DNA from: Solirubrobacteraceae bacterium | GTDB lineage: Bacteria > Actinomycetota > Thermoleophilia > Solirubrobacterales > Solirubrobacteraceae | NCBI GenBank assembly: GCA_045805545.1 | Contig: JBJMLD010000112.1 | Location: 210 to 64,209 of the forward strand | DNA: 64,000 nt | Reading direction: 5' to 3' | In this document: piece after piece, positions 1-8,540 of the stretch | Layout: the number at the start of each line of letters is the position of its first letter | Numbering within the stretch: position 1 is the first letter of the stretch | Notes under the pieces: model-generated | Database searches by the model: none | What the model saw: the letters and a program-made list of their open reading frames with translations, nothing else | What the model was told of the DNA's origin: nothing | Translations under genes and position numbers: made by a program

Positions 1-222
1 CCGGCTCGACGTGCCGGCGGCGAAATCGCGCGCCTCGAGCAGAGCGACCGAGAGTCCACGGGTGGCGGCATCGAGGGCGCAGCCGGTGCCGGTCGAGCCA
101 CCGCCGACCACGACGACGTCGAACACCTCAGCGGTCATCCGCTGGAGTGCTTCGGCACGCTCGCGCGGGCCGAGGCGACCGAGCTCGGGGCGATCAGGTT
201 CGGGAGGGGAGGGGGCGGACAT
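1..222 (-). CDS. glpD: FAD-dependent glycerol-3-phosphate dehydrogenase, N-terminal part (runs off window start)
   Basis: Manual translation from ATG at 222: MSAPSP...FDVVVVGGGSTGTGCALDAATRGLSVALLEARDFAAGTSSR, the typical GlpD FAD-binding N-terminus; divergent from glpK. Not in ORF track. Confidence 0.9.
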   Translation of the reverse strand, partial: MSAPSPPEPDRPELGRLGPRERAEALQRMTAEVFDVVVVGGGSTGTGCALDAATRGLSVALLEARDFAAGTSSR

Positions 223-319
223 CGGATTCGAGGCTACCCAGCGGGCGGACCCGGGCAGCTACTCGCCGCCGGCGCCCTGATATGACTCGATGCGTGGATG
301 GACCGAGGAGGAGGTGAGC

Positions 320-1816
320 ATGTCCAAGTACATCGGGGCAATTGATCAGGGAACCACGAGCTCGCGCTTCATCCTGTTCGACCGCGACGGAAGAATCGTC
401 CATGTCGACCAGCGCGAGCACGAGCAGATCACCCCGAAAGCGGGCTGGGTGGAGCACGACGCGAGCGAGATCTGGCGGCGGACGCGGGAAGTTATAAACG
501 GCGCCCTCGCCTCCTCTCCGGCTGAGGCGGGTGACGTCGAGGCCGTTGGCATCACCAACCAGCGTGAGACGACACTGGTGTGGGATCGCGAGACGGGCGA
601 GCCGATTCACAACGCGATCGTCTGGCAGGACACGCGCACCGGACCCGTCGTCCGCGAGCTCGCCGCTGACGAGGGCGTCGATCGTCTGCGCGACGACGTC
701 GGCCTACCGCTCTCGACCTATTTCTCCGGGCCGAAGATCCGCTGGCTGCTCGACAACGTCGACGGGGCGCAGAAGCGGGCCGAGAACGGCGAGCTGGCCT
801 TCGGCACGATGGACACCTGGGTGCTGTGGAACCTCACCGGCGGGACGGATGGCGGGCTCCACGCCACCGACGTCACCAACGCCTCCCGCACGATGCTGAT
901 GAACCTCGAGACGCTCGACTGGCACGAGCCGAGCCTCGAGCTAATGGGCATTCCGCGCTCGATGCTGCCCGAGATCCGCTCCTCGTCGGAGACCTACGGC
1001 GAGGCGAAGGGCACGGCGGTGGGGGGCGTCCCGGTGGCCGGCATCCTTGGCGACCAGCAGGCGGCATTGTTCGGCCAGACTTGCTTCAGCGCGGGCGACG
1101 CCAAGAACACGTACGGCACTGGCTCGTTCCTGCTCGTCAACACGGGCGAGGAGATCGTGCGCAGCGAGAAGCTCCTGACCAGTGTTGGCTACAAGCTCGG
1201 CGACGGCAAGCCGACCTACGTGCTCGAAGGTTCGATCGCCGTGACCGGCGCGTTGATCCAGTGGCTGCGCGACCGCCTGAAGATCATCCCCAACGCGCCC
1301 GCCGTGGAAGAACTGGCCCGCACTGTCGAGGACAACGGCGGCGTGTACTTCGTCCCCGCCTTCTCCGGCTTGTTCGCGCCGCGCTGGCGCGACGACGCGC
1401 GCGGGGTGATCGTCGGGCTGACCGCCTACGCCAACCAGGCGCACATCGCCCGTGCCGCGCTCGAGGCCGCCGCCTGGCAGAGCCGCGAGGTCGTCGACGC
1501 CGTTAACGCGGAGGCCGACGTCCCGTTCAGGGAGCTCCGCGTAGACGGCGGGATGACGGCCAACGAGCTGCTCATGCAGTTCCAGGCGGATGTGCTCGGC
1601 GTGCCCGTGATACGCCCCTCGGTGACCGAGACGACGGCCCTCGGCGCCGCCTACGCCGCTGGTCTGGCTGTCGACTTCTGGGCTGACCAGGACGAGCTGC
1701 GTGAGCGGTGGTCAGAGGACAAGCGCTGGGAGCCGGACATGCCCGAGGAGGAGCGTGAGGCCGCGTATGCAAGGTGGCAGCGCGCGGTCGAGCGCTCGCT
1801 CGACCTCGCCGACTGA
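320..1816 (+). CDS. glpK: glycerol kinase
   Basis: [54 protein letters not shown] and VDGG motifs; GGAGG SD before ATG 320. Confidence 0.97.
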   Translation: MSKYIGAIDQGTTSSRFILFDRDGRIVHVDQREHEQITPKAGWVEHDASEIWRRTREVINGALASSPAEAGDVEAVGITNQRETTLVWDRETGEPIHNAIVWQDTRTGPVVRELAADEGVDRLRDDVGLPLSTYFSGPKIRWLLDNVDGAQKRAENGELAFGTMDTWVLWNLTGGTDGGLHATDVTNASRTMLMNLETLDWHEPSLELMGIPRSMLPEIRSSSETYGEAKGTAVGGVPVAGILGDQQAALFGQTCFSAGDAKNTYGTGSFLLVNTGEEIVRSEKLLTSVGYKLGDGKPTYVLEGSIAVTGALIQWLRDRLKIIPNAPAVEELARTVEDNGGVYFVPAFSGLFAPRWRDDARGVIVGLTAYANQAHIARAALEAAAWQSREVVDAVNAEADVPFRELRVDGGMTANELLMQFQADVLGVPVIRPSVTETTALGAAYAAGLAVDFWADQDELRERWSEDKRWEPDMPEEEREAAYARWQRAVERSLDLAD

Positions 1817-1819
1817 GCG

Positions 1820-2692
1820 TTATGTGGTTGCCGAGTGGGCCACGGGCACGCCCGTCTCCCACGGCAGCACCTTGCCGAACTGAACCAACTCGCCGTAGAA
1901 GGCCGGGTCGAACGTCTCGGAGAGGACGAGCTCGACCGGCCAGGCGGCGGCCTGGGCCGGAGTCTGCGCGCTGCTCATGTCCTCGAACCACGGTCGAGAG
2001 GCGTCGGTGTCGATAAGGCCCGGACAGAGGGCCATGATTAGCTTGTTCTCGGCCAGGTCTGAGTCGCGGCGCTGACGCGCGAGCGCCCGCACGGCGGCGA
2101 CCTGCGCGACCTTGGACGGGATGTTCAGCCACGACCCGTAGCCCTCCTCGTCGGCGCGGCCGGCGTGGACGGCGGCGCGCCAGTCGGCGACGAGGGCGTC
2201 GACGGCGTCGAGGTCTCGCTCGGCGGCTGCCGCGAACCGTCCCGCGATCCGGTAGGACAGCTTGTCGAGGGTCCCGAGCGCGCTGGCCACGATGATCAGC
2301 CGGCCGCCCGGCCGCAGACGCGGCGCGAACTCGCGCAGGATCGCCGTCGCCGCCAGGTTGTTCGTCTCGGCCAGCGCGTCGACCTCGTCCACCGGGTCGA
2401 CGTCGGGGCTCATGCGCGACCCCGCGTTGGAGAAGACGATGTCGACCTGACCGAGCTCGGCGGCAAGCGCGGCAATGGCGTCGGTGTCGCGGACATCGAG
2501 CACGCGGCCCTCGACGCGCGCGACCGCTGCTCCGGCGGCGATTTCGGCGGCGGCGGCGGAGACGCGCTCGGGATTACGACCGGTGAGCAGGACCCGGTCC
2601 TCTTCTGACAAGCGGGCGGCAAGCCCTTCGACGAGCGCGCGGCCGAGACCCTGGTTGGCGCCCGTCACGAGTGCGATTCGAGAAGTAGACAT
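1820..2692 (-). CDS. SDR family oxidoreductase (carbonyl-reductase-like)
   Basis: ALVTGANQGLG Rossmann motif, SNAG, CPGLIDT; start placed at ATG 2692, 6 nt after a TACCTT -10-like box. Confidence 0.85.
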   Translation of the reverse strand: MSTSRIALVTGANQGLGRALVEGLAARLSEEDRVLLTGRNPERVSAAAAEIAAGAAVARVEGRVLDVRDTDAIAALAAELGQVDIVFSNAGSRMSPDVDPVDEVDALAETNNLAATAILREFAPRLRPGGRLIIVASALGTLDKLSYRIAGRFAAAAERDLDAVDALVADWRAAVHAGRADEEGYGSWLNIPSKVAQVAAVRALARQRRDSDLAENKLIMALCPGLIDTDASRPWFEDMSSAQTPAQAAAWPVELVLSETFDPAFYGELVQFGKVLPWETGVPVAHSATT

Positions 2693-2749
2693 GGGTTCAA
2701 GGTAGCCGCTCCGCTGCCATGTCGAAAACAACAATGTCGCAACTGTAAT

Positions 2750-2764
2750 ATGCGTAAACCGCAT
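2750..2764. promoter_or_regulatory. LysR-type T-N11-A operator palindrome
   Basis: ATGCG-TAAAC-CGCAT inverted repeat overlapping the LysR start, between divergent SDR and LysR genes. Confidence 0.6.
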
Positions 2765-3662
2765 GGCCGTTGACTTCTCTCCGACCGGCTTGCGAATCCT
2801 GCGTGAGGTGGCCCAAGCCGGCTCCTTCTCGGCGGCGGCTCAGTCGCTTGGCTACACGCAGTCCGCCGTCTCACGGCAGGTGGCAACGCTCGAGTCGGCG
2901 GCCGGCCGGGCGCTATTCGAGCGCGGCCGCGGCGGAGTCGCGCTGACACCTGCCGGCGCCCGGCTGCTGCAAACCGCCGTGTCGGTCCTAGATGAGCTCG
3001 ACGCCGCGCGCCGCGAGCTGGTCGATGAGGAGGCAACGCTTCGGCCGGTGCGTCTCGGCGCGTTCCCGGCTGCCGCTGCGAGCCTGGTGCCGAAAGCGCT
3101 CGCGTCGCTGCCGCGTCATGTAGAGATCACCTTCCGCGAGGCGACGACGCCGGCTCTGACCCGCGCGCTGCGCGCCGGCACCCTCGATCTGGCCGTCATG
3201 GCTCACTCGCCGCCGTTCCGGCCGCCCGACGCGGAGTCGCCGGCGCTGGAGCTGACGACGCTGTTCGAGCGCGAGCTGATGATCGGTGTCCCCGCGAACC
3301 ACTCGCTAGCCAGCATGCAAGCGGTCGAGGTGGAGCAGCTCGCCGGCCAGACCTGGGTCGCCAGCCGGTCGGACTCGGGCGACTCGCTGCTCGGCGCTTG
3401 GCCCGGCCTGCGCGAGCGCCCTGACGTCCGCTACGTCGTGCGCGACTGGCTGGCCAAGCTCCAGATCGTCGCCGCCGGCCTGGCCATCACGACTGTCGCG
3501 CCCGTGATACTCGATGCGCTCCCCGCCGGGATCGCGGTGCTCGCCGTGCGGGGCGAGCCGCAGGAAATCAGGCGGGTCGTCCTGGCCCGTCGCCCGGGCG
3601 CGCTCGACGGTCCTATCGCGCGAGTGATGGACGCGTTGAGCGCCGCGGCCGCTACCAGGTGA
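2763..3662 (+). CDS. LysR family transcriptional regulator
   Basis: N-terminal HTH GSFSAAAQSLGYTQSAVSRQVATLE...LTPAG followed by a substrate-binding domain; 299 aa. Confidence 0.95.
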   Translation: MAVDFSPTGLRILREVAQAGSFSAAAQSLGYTQSAVSRQVATLESAAGRALFERGRGGVALTPAGARLLQTAVSVLDELDAARRELVDEEATLRPVRLGAFPAAAASLVPKALASLPRHVEITFREATTPALTRALRAGTLDLAVMAHSPPFRPPDAESPALELTTLFERELMIGVPANHSLASMQAVEVEQLAGQTWVASRSDSGDSLLGAWPGLRERPDVRYVVRDWLAKLQIVAAGLAITTVAPVILDALPAGIAVLAVRGEPQEIRRVVLARRPGALDGPIARVMDALSAAAATR

Positions 3663-4791
3663 TCGGTTGGTCGGCCGCGTCTGAATCGGGGTGGCCGAGG
3701 GCAGCGACGCCGAGGAGGATCTCGGACGTGCCATCGATCCCGATCAACCGCTCGAGGTCCTCGTCACAGACCGCGGTGGCGAACACCGCGCCGAGATTCA
3801 TCGCGCTGGCCAGCAACAGAACGGTCTGGCTCAGGTGGCCGAGGCCGATCAGCAGGTCGCGATAGGCGCGGGGAGATCGGTAGCGCCACTGGAGCCGTTC
3901 GATCACAGCGGTGTAGAGGATCAGGACCGGAGCCTCGGCGAGCCACGGCTGGCCGCCCACCGCATCCAGGCTTCGTTTCCCGGCGGCCCCGGTCACGGCG
4001 GCCCCGGTCCCGGCGACCCTGGCGCCGTCGCCGTCGGCCAGGGCCTCGATCCCCCCGCGCGTGGGGGCGAAGTGGTACATGCCGGCCTCAAGGCCGTCGA
4101 CCGACGAGGCATCGACGTACATCTCGACGGGGTGTAGCGCGCCCGCCGCCGGACTTGTCCGAAGCGCCGCCGGGCCAGGGGCGTGTTCGAGCGGATCGAC
4201 GAAACCGCCCGCCACCTGGAGGATCGCCGCGAGCTCGTCGAGCGACACTGGATCGGCGGTGAAGCGGCGGGTTGAGCGCCTGCCGTAGAGGGCATCCAAC
4301 AAGCCACGCGCCGGCCAGCCGCTGTCGTCGGGGCGCCGGGCTGCCAGTGGAATCAGCGGCCGGTCCGGGTAGGTCTTCGCCGCTGGCGGCGCCGCCTCGG
4401 CCTGCGAGCTCGCGAATGCTTGCTGCTGCATCTCGGCGGCGTCCTGCGCGGCCGACAGGAAGCGGGACCCGCTCGGCGTGCGGCTCGCCAGGTGGAGGTA
4501 ACGGGCCGCCGGGCCCCACGGCCCCCAATTGGCCAGAACCCGCTGCTCGATGGCGTGCTCGTCCGAGTCCTCGGCGATCAGGACGCCGGCGTCGAGGAGC
4601 CGCTCGGCGATCGCCAGGTACTCGTCGCCCAGCTCGTCGATGCTGTCCAGCTCGGCCCAGTCGCCGAACCAGCGCAGCACGCGTTCACTGTCGGCGCTCA
4701 GCGCGAGCTGGCGGTGGCCGATGTAGTCGTCCCACACCAGCCGGCTCTGATCCCAGAACAGCGCCGTCGCCTCGGCGACCTTGACCCTCAT
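3652..4791 (-). CDS. SagB/ThcOx-family FMN-dependent peptide dehydrogenase (nitroreductase fold) with N-terminal extension
   Basis: LYGRRSTRRF, RTSPAAGALHPVEMY, GMYHF, RLQWRYRSPRAYR, GHLSQTVLLLA motifs; ATG 4791 overlaps the upstream stop (ATGA). Confidence 0.85.
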   Translation of the reverse strand: MRVKVAEATALFWDQSRLVWDDYIGHRQLALSADSERVLRWFGDWAELDSIDELGDEYLAIAERLLDAGVLIAEDSDEHAIEQRVLANWGPWGPAARYLHLASRTPSGSRFLSAAQDAAEMQQQAFASSQAEAAPPAAKTYPDRPLIPLAARRPDDSGWPARGLLDALYGRRSTRRFTADPVSLDELAAILQVAGGFVDPLEHAPGPAALRTSPAAGALHPVEMYVDASSVDGLEAGMYHFAPTRGGIEALADGDGARVAGTGAAVTGAAGKRSLDAVGGQPWLAEAPVLILYTAVIERLQWRYRSPRAYRDLLIGLGHLSQTVLLLASAMNLGAVFATAVCDEDLERLIGIDGTSEILLGVAALGHPDSDAADQPITW

Positions 4792-7304
4792 CGGGCACCT
4801 GCCGGGGTCATGCACCGATCCGCGCACGAAATGCGAGCATCGTCAAACCGCGAAGAAACGAAAGCCGCGACACGCTCCGAGACGCGCTTGTCGTCGGCGA
4901 GGTGCTCGGACCAGAGCCAGTCGCACGCCGGATTGACCTCGAGGAAGACCGGACCGTCCGCCGTGTCGAGCAGATCGAACGCCGCCACATCGAGGTCCCA
5001 GCTCTCGGCGAGTTCAAGCAGGGGATGTTCGAGCTCGGGTGGGGTCGGCACGGCGCGAACATACACGGCTGAATCGCCTTCCCACAGAGATTCCGGCGAC
5101 GGCTTGCTGACTGCGTAGGTCATCAGCTGGCCGGCGACGAGGTAAATCCGGAGCTCCCGCTCGGATGGCAGGAAGTTCTGCACCATCATCGGGGCGGGCT
5201 CGACGGGCCCGGCTTGCATCAGCTTGCGCCGTGTCATGCGGCGTGGCGCGATGCCGACGAGGCTGCCGGGGGTCGGCTCGATGTAGTGCTCGCCGAGCGC
5301 CTTCACGATCACATCGCCGTCGCCGGGGAGCTGGCGCGCCGCCGCCCAGCCTGAATTCGTCACCACCGTGGGCGGAGTGCGCAGTCCGACCGCGCGAGCC
5401 TCGGCCAGCTGCGTGACGCGGTCGGGGCTTCCAAGGCTGGCCATGCGGTTCACAACCGAATCTCCGCCGGCCGAGACCATCAGCGGAGCCCAGGCGCCCC
5501 ATTGGTCGCTCCGGTAGCGGTCAACCTCGGTCCCCGAGGACCCCGGGATCGACGCCGCGGTGAAGTAGCGAAGCCAGGTCACGAGCGGACTGAATGAGCC
5601 CTCCCGAGTGGTGAGCGCTCGCGAGACGGGGTCCCAGAGAAAGCCCTCGTCGGCGATCCGGTCGCTGTCCATCCGGACGAGCGGAATCCGTGCCGCGGCC
5701 AAGCGCAGCGACAGATCGTCGATCTCGCGGTCGGCCGTGCGGGTCATCACCAGCACGCACGGTCGAGGAGCGCCGTGCTCGCCGTTTGTCGGCCGCCCGA
5801 CGCGCGCTTGGAAGTCCATGGACCGGGGTGGCTGCTCCACACGGTGAAGCGGACCGCTCAGAAGGAGGGGCGGTTTCGGCGCTAGCGCAGCGTCCGCCGG
5901 CGGGGCCGACCCCGCCGGCTCCGGGGGTGCCTCCTCGTCCACGATCGGCTCCGGGGGCGCCTCCTCGTGCAAGATCGGCGTGGCGTCCTCCGCGCTCGGT
6001 TCATCCCGGAGCGCCGGCGCGACGGCCGCCGTCAAGGCCACGAGCGCCAGCATGCCGGCCAGGACCAGGCAGGTCGTCTGCGTGCCGAACCCCGTCAGCA
6101 GCAATCCGGTGCTGACCGGCGCTGCGGCGATCGCTCCGGCACCGAGCAGTCCAGCCGTCCCCATCACGCGACCTCGGTGCTCGGCGTCGACGCGGCCGAG
6201 GAACTGGGCCGTGAGCACGGCGCCCCACGCCGGCCACAGCAGGAAGAACGCGCCAAAGCTCACCGCGATCGCCACGACGCCGCCGGCGAAGGCGAGCGAA
6301 AGCAGCGCCAGAGCGCCGGCGGCCGGAGCGGCGATCAAAACGGGAAGCGGGGACGCCAGTCGAGAGCTCAGCGCGGTGGCGAGCGCCGCGCCCGTGAGAC
6401 CGCCGACGCTGCCCATGGCAAGCGCAATCCCGATTGACGCCGCCGAAGCGTGGGCGTCGCGCAGCAGCACGATCACCAGGAGGGCCAGCGAGTTCGAGAC
6501 AAGCGCGGCAACCGCGTCAAGCGCGCCCGCCACGCGCACGAACCGCAGCCGCCAGAAGAGACGTGCTCCATCGGCGATCTCGGCTCGGATCGACCCTGTC
6601 GGCGCGGCGCGATCCGGCGTGCGCAACGGAGTCCTCACGAGCGCGGCACACACCATCGCGACCATGTAGGAAATGGAGTCCACGAGGAACGGAAGCGCGG
6701 CCGAGACGGTGAAGAGGTTGGCGGCCGCCGGCGGCCCGGCCAGCCCTGCCGCGTGTCCTCGCGCGCTCATCAGCGCGGCGGCGCCGGCCACCTCATCGGC
6801 CGGCAGCACATCGGGGAGGCTCACACCCTCAGCCGTGCCGCGCACTCCCCATCCGGCTCCCAGCACGAGCGCCGTCACAAAAACGTGAGCGATGTTGAAC
6901 CAGCCGAAGAACGCCGCGGCGCAGAGCGACAGCGCGGCGAGCGCCGAGCTTGCGTCGCAGGCGACCATGATCCAGCGCCGGTCGACGCGGTCGGCCAGCC
7001 AGCCGCCGGGCAGCTGGGCGGCGGCAAACGCGCCGAGCGAGACCGAAGAGATCAAACCCGTTTGGGCAACCGATCCGGTCTCGACGAGGACCCACAGCAT
7101 GAAGGCCACGCCGTAGATCCGGGTCCCAAGCTGCGAGACGGCCTGTCCGGTCCAGAGCAGCGTGAAATCGCGGCGCCCACTCAGTGCGGCGCGGACGCCG
7201 CCCGAGCGACGACCGCCCGACCCCTGCCGCGGATGCGGTGACCCGCCGTCGCCGCGCAACACGCTTACGGGGACGACTATGGCGGCGGAGTCAGCTGCGA
7301 CCAT
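4788..7304 (-). CDS. MFS transporter fused to MvdC/MvdD-like ATP-grasp peptide ligase
   Basis: N-terminal ~430 aa: RDFTLLWTGQAVSQLG, GWLADRVDRR and ~12 hydrophobic segments. C-terminal ~330 aa: VLVMTRTADREID..RMDSD, VIVKALG, PMMVQNFLPSERELRIYLV, FDLLDTADGPVFLEVNPACDWLWSE. Single open frame; exact start uncertain. Confidence 0.85.
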   Translation of the reverse strand: MVAADSAAIVVPVSVLRGDGGSPHPRQGSGGRRSGGVRAALSGRRDFTLLWTGQAVSQLGTRIYGVAFMLWVLVETGSVAQTGLISSVSLGAFAAAQLPGGWLADRVDRRWIMVACDASSALAALSLCAAAFFGWFNIAHVFVTALVLGAGWGVRGTAEGVSLPDVLPADEVAGAAALMSARGHAAGLAGPPAAANLFTVSAALPFLVDSISYMVAMVCAALVRTPLRTPDRAAPTGSIRAEIADGARLFWRLRFVRVAGALDAVAALVSNSLALLVIVLLRDAHASAASIGIALAMGSVGGLTGAALATALSSRLASPLPVLIAAPAAGALALLSLAFAGGVVAIAVSFGAFFLLWPAWGAVLTAQFLGRVDAEHRGRVMGTAGLLGAGAIAAAPVSTGLLLTGFGTQTTCLVLAGMLALVALTAAVAPALRDEPSAEDATPILHEEAPPEPIVDEEAPPEPAGSAPPADAALAPKPPLLLSGPLHRVEQPPRSMDFQARVGRPTNGEHGAPRPCVLVMTRTADREIDDLSLRLAAARIPLVRMDSDRIADEGFLWDPVSRALTTREGSFSPLVTWLRYFTAASIPGSSGTEVDRYRSDQWGAWAPLMVSAGGDSVVNRMASLGSPDRVTQLAEARAVGLRTPPTVVTNSGWAAARQLPGDGDVIVKALGEHYIEPTPGSLVGIAPRRMTRRKLMQAGPVEPAPMMVQNFLPSERELRIYLVAGQLMTYAVSKPSPESLWEGDSAVYVRAVPTPPELEHPLLELAESWDLDVAAFDLLDTADGPVFLEVNPACDWLWSEHLADDKRVSERVAAFVSSRFDDARISCADRCMTPAGAR
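5916..5979. repeat. 30-nt tandem duplication in the MFS/ATP-grasp linker (EEAPPEP x2)
   Basis: cggctccggggg[t/c]gcctcctcgt[c/g]ca[c/a]gat repeated with period 30. Confidence 0.85.
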
Positions 7305-7333
7305 GATGCGAGGCGGGTCGAGAGATCCGGTCT

Positions 7334-7364
7334 CCCGCGGCGGGCCGGCTGGCCGCGCCGCGGG
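7334..7364. terminator. GC-rich hairpin 3' of the precursor gene (terminator/attenuator/mRNA stabiliser)
   Basis: cccgcggcg-ggcc-ggct-ggcc-g-cgccgcggg inverted repeat 15 nt downstream of the precursor stop on the - strand; no clear U-tract. Confidence 0.55.
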
Positions 7365-7379
7365 TCCGGGTCGTTTGCA

Positions 7380-7556
7380 TCAGCCGCCGTGGCAGCCCTT
7401 GCAGACGAAGAGCGGGCGCAGGAACGCGTAGGTCGAGGCGTACTCCTCGAATGCCGCCAGCTCGGCGTCAGCTGCCCGACTCAGCTCGGCCTGGTCGGCG
7501 TCTGTCATGTCGAGAAGGGCGGAGGCCATCTCCTCGATCGTCATGGTGGTTTCCAT
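7380..7556 (-). CDS. putative RiPP precursor peptide (58 aa)
   Basis: Manual translation: METTMTIEEMASALLDMTDADQAELSRAADAELAAFEEYASTYAFLRPLFVCKGCHGG*; AGGAG SD ~7 nt upstream; GC3-biased codons; co-oriented directly upstream of ATP-grasp and SagB-like genes. Too short for the ORF track. Confidence 0.8.
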   Translation of the reverse strand: METTMTIEEMASALLDMTDADQAELSRAADAELAAFEEYASTYAFLRPLFVCKGCHGG

Positions 7557-7722
7557 CGTTGGCTCCTATCCGGCCGCGTGCGCGACCTTTCGATTGACGC
7601 CAGCGAGTATCGAAGCGCGCGACCGAGGCGGCTAGAGACCCTAGGGATGGTCTACGGGCCACCTTGCCAACCGGTTCGCGCCCAAGGGGGTGAATTTCCG
7701 CGCGCCAGCCCTCTGTGTAGAT

Positions 7723-8472
7723 ATGAGCCACTCAAAATCCCGTCGCGCGCGCCGGCGCATTGCTTGCGAGCCCCACTTCACCAAAACGCAGGTAGAGGTC
7801 GCGCGCGGCCTGTGTCGTGAGGGGGCCTCGGCCCCCGATGCGCTGTCGCTGGAACGCTGGACGTCGTCGCTGCTCGGGCGCGTGTGGCAACGCAGGCGCT
7901 TCGGACAGGACGACGAGAGCGTCGATCCGATGCTGTTTCACGGAGCACCATTGCTGGAAGGGTTCGCGGAGTTGGGAGGGGACGAAGCCGGTCCGATTCT
8001 GGCCGCGATCGAACGGCTGGACCGCGGCCCGCTTGGCGCTCTCGCTCGGAAGCTCCGCAACCCCATTAGCGGCCCGTCTCCTCCTCAGTGGATCGATCAG
8101 GTCGGAACTACGAGGATCGCCCGCGCGTTTGCTGTTCGCGTGCCGGGCGACGGTGAGGCGTTGCTGCTCGAGGCCGATGACACCTGCGAGACGCCGCACA
8201 TGATCGGCGCGTTCATCTCGGAGATACGTGGCGGTATCGCAACGCAACTGTCCGCGATCCGAGTGATCGACCCAATGGATCCTTCGAGCCACGAAGGCAA
8301 CGACGATGGCCAAATGAAGTTCAGGCCCGTCGACCCGGTGCTGGCGTGTCGTCGCCTCCACATCGCAATCAACCGAACCGACGGTGTTCCAGTCAGCTCA
8401 ATCGAGGACCTGTTCGTCAATCACCGTGCACTGGCGATAGCGCGAGTGACAGCACACGAGGCCCTGCTCTAA
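7723..8472 (+). CDS. hypothetical protein
   Basis: Protein-like ~249-aa ORF divergent from the precursor and followed by a hairpin; no recognised motif. Confidence 0.6.
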   Translation: MSHSKSRRARRRIACEPHFTKTQVEVARGLCREGASAPDALSLERWTSSLLGRVWQRRRFGQDDESVDPMLFHGAPLLEGFAELGGDEAGPILAAIERLDRGPLGALARKLRNPISGPSPPQWIDQVGTTRIARAFAVRVPGDGEALLLEADDTCETPHMIGAFISEIRGGIATQLSAIRVIDPMDPSSHEGNDDGQMKFRPVDPVLACRRLHIAINRTDGVPVSSIEDLFVNHRALAIARVTAHEALL

Positions 8473-8478
8473 CGCCCC

Positions 8479-8516
8479 GCCCGGGGCCGGAAGCTGTAGC
8501 GCTCCCGGCCCCGGGC
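8479..8516. terminator. hairpin between convergent genes
   Basis: Perfect 12-bp arms gcccggggccgg / ccggccccgggc. Confidence 0.7.
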
Positions 8517-8540
8517 TCTAGCGGCTGGTGGTGCGGCCGC

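Noticed and set aside
7380-7556. Calling the 58-aa peptide a mini c-type cytochrome because of CKGCH
   Set aside because: No signal peptide or TM, no maturation genes in the window, and the context is peptide-modifying enzymes; kept only as an alternative hypothesis.
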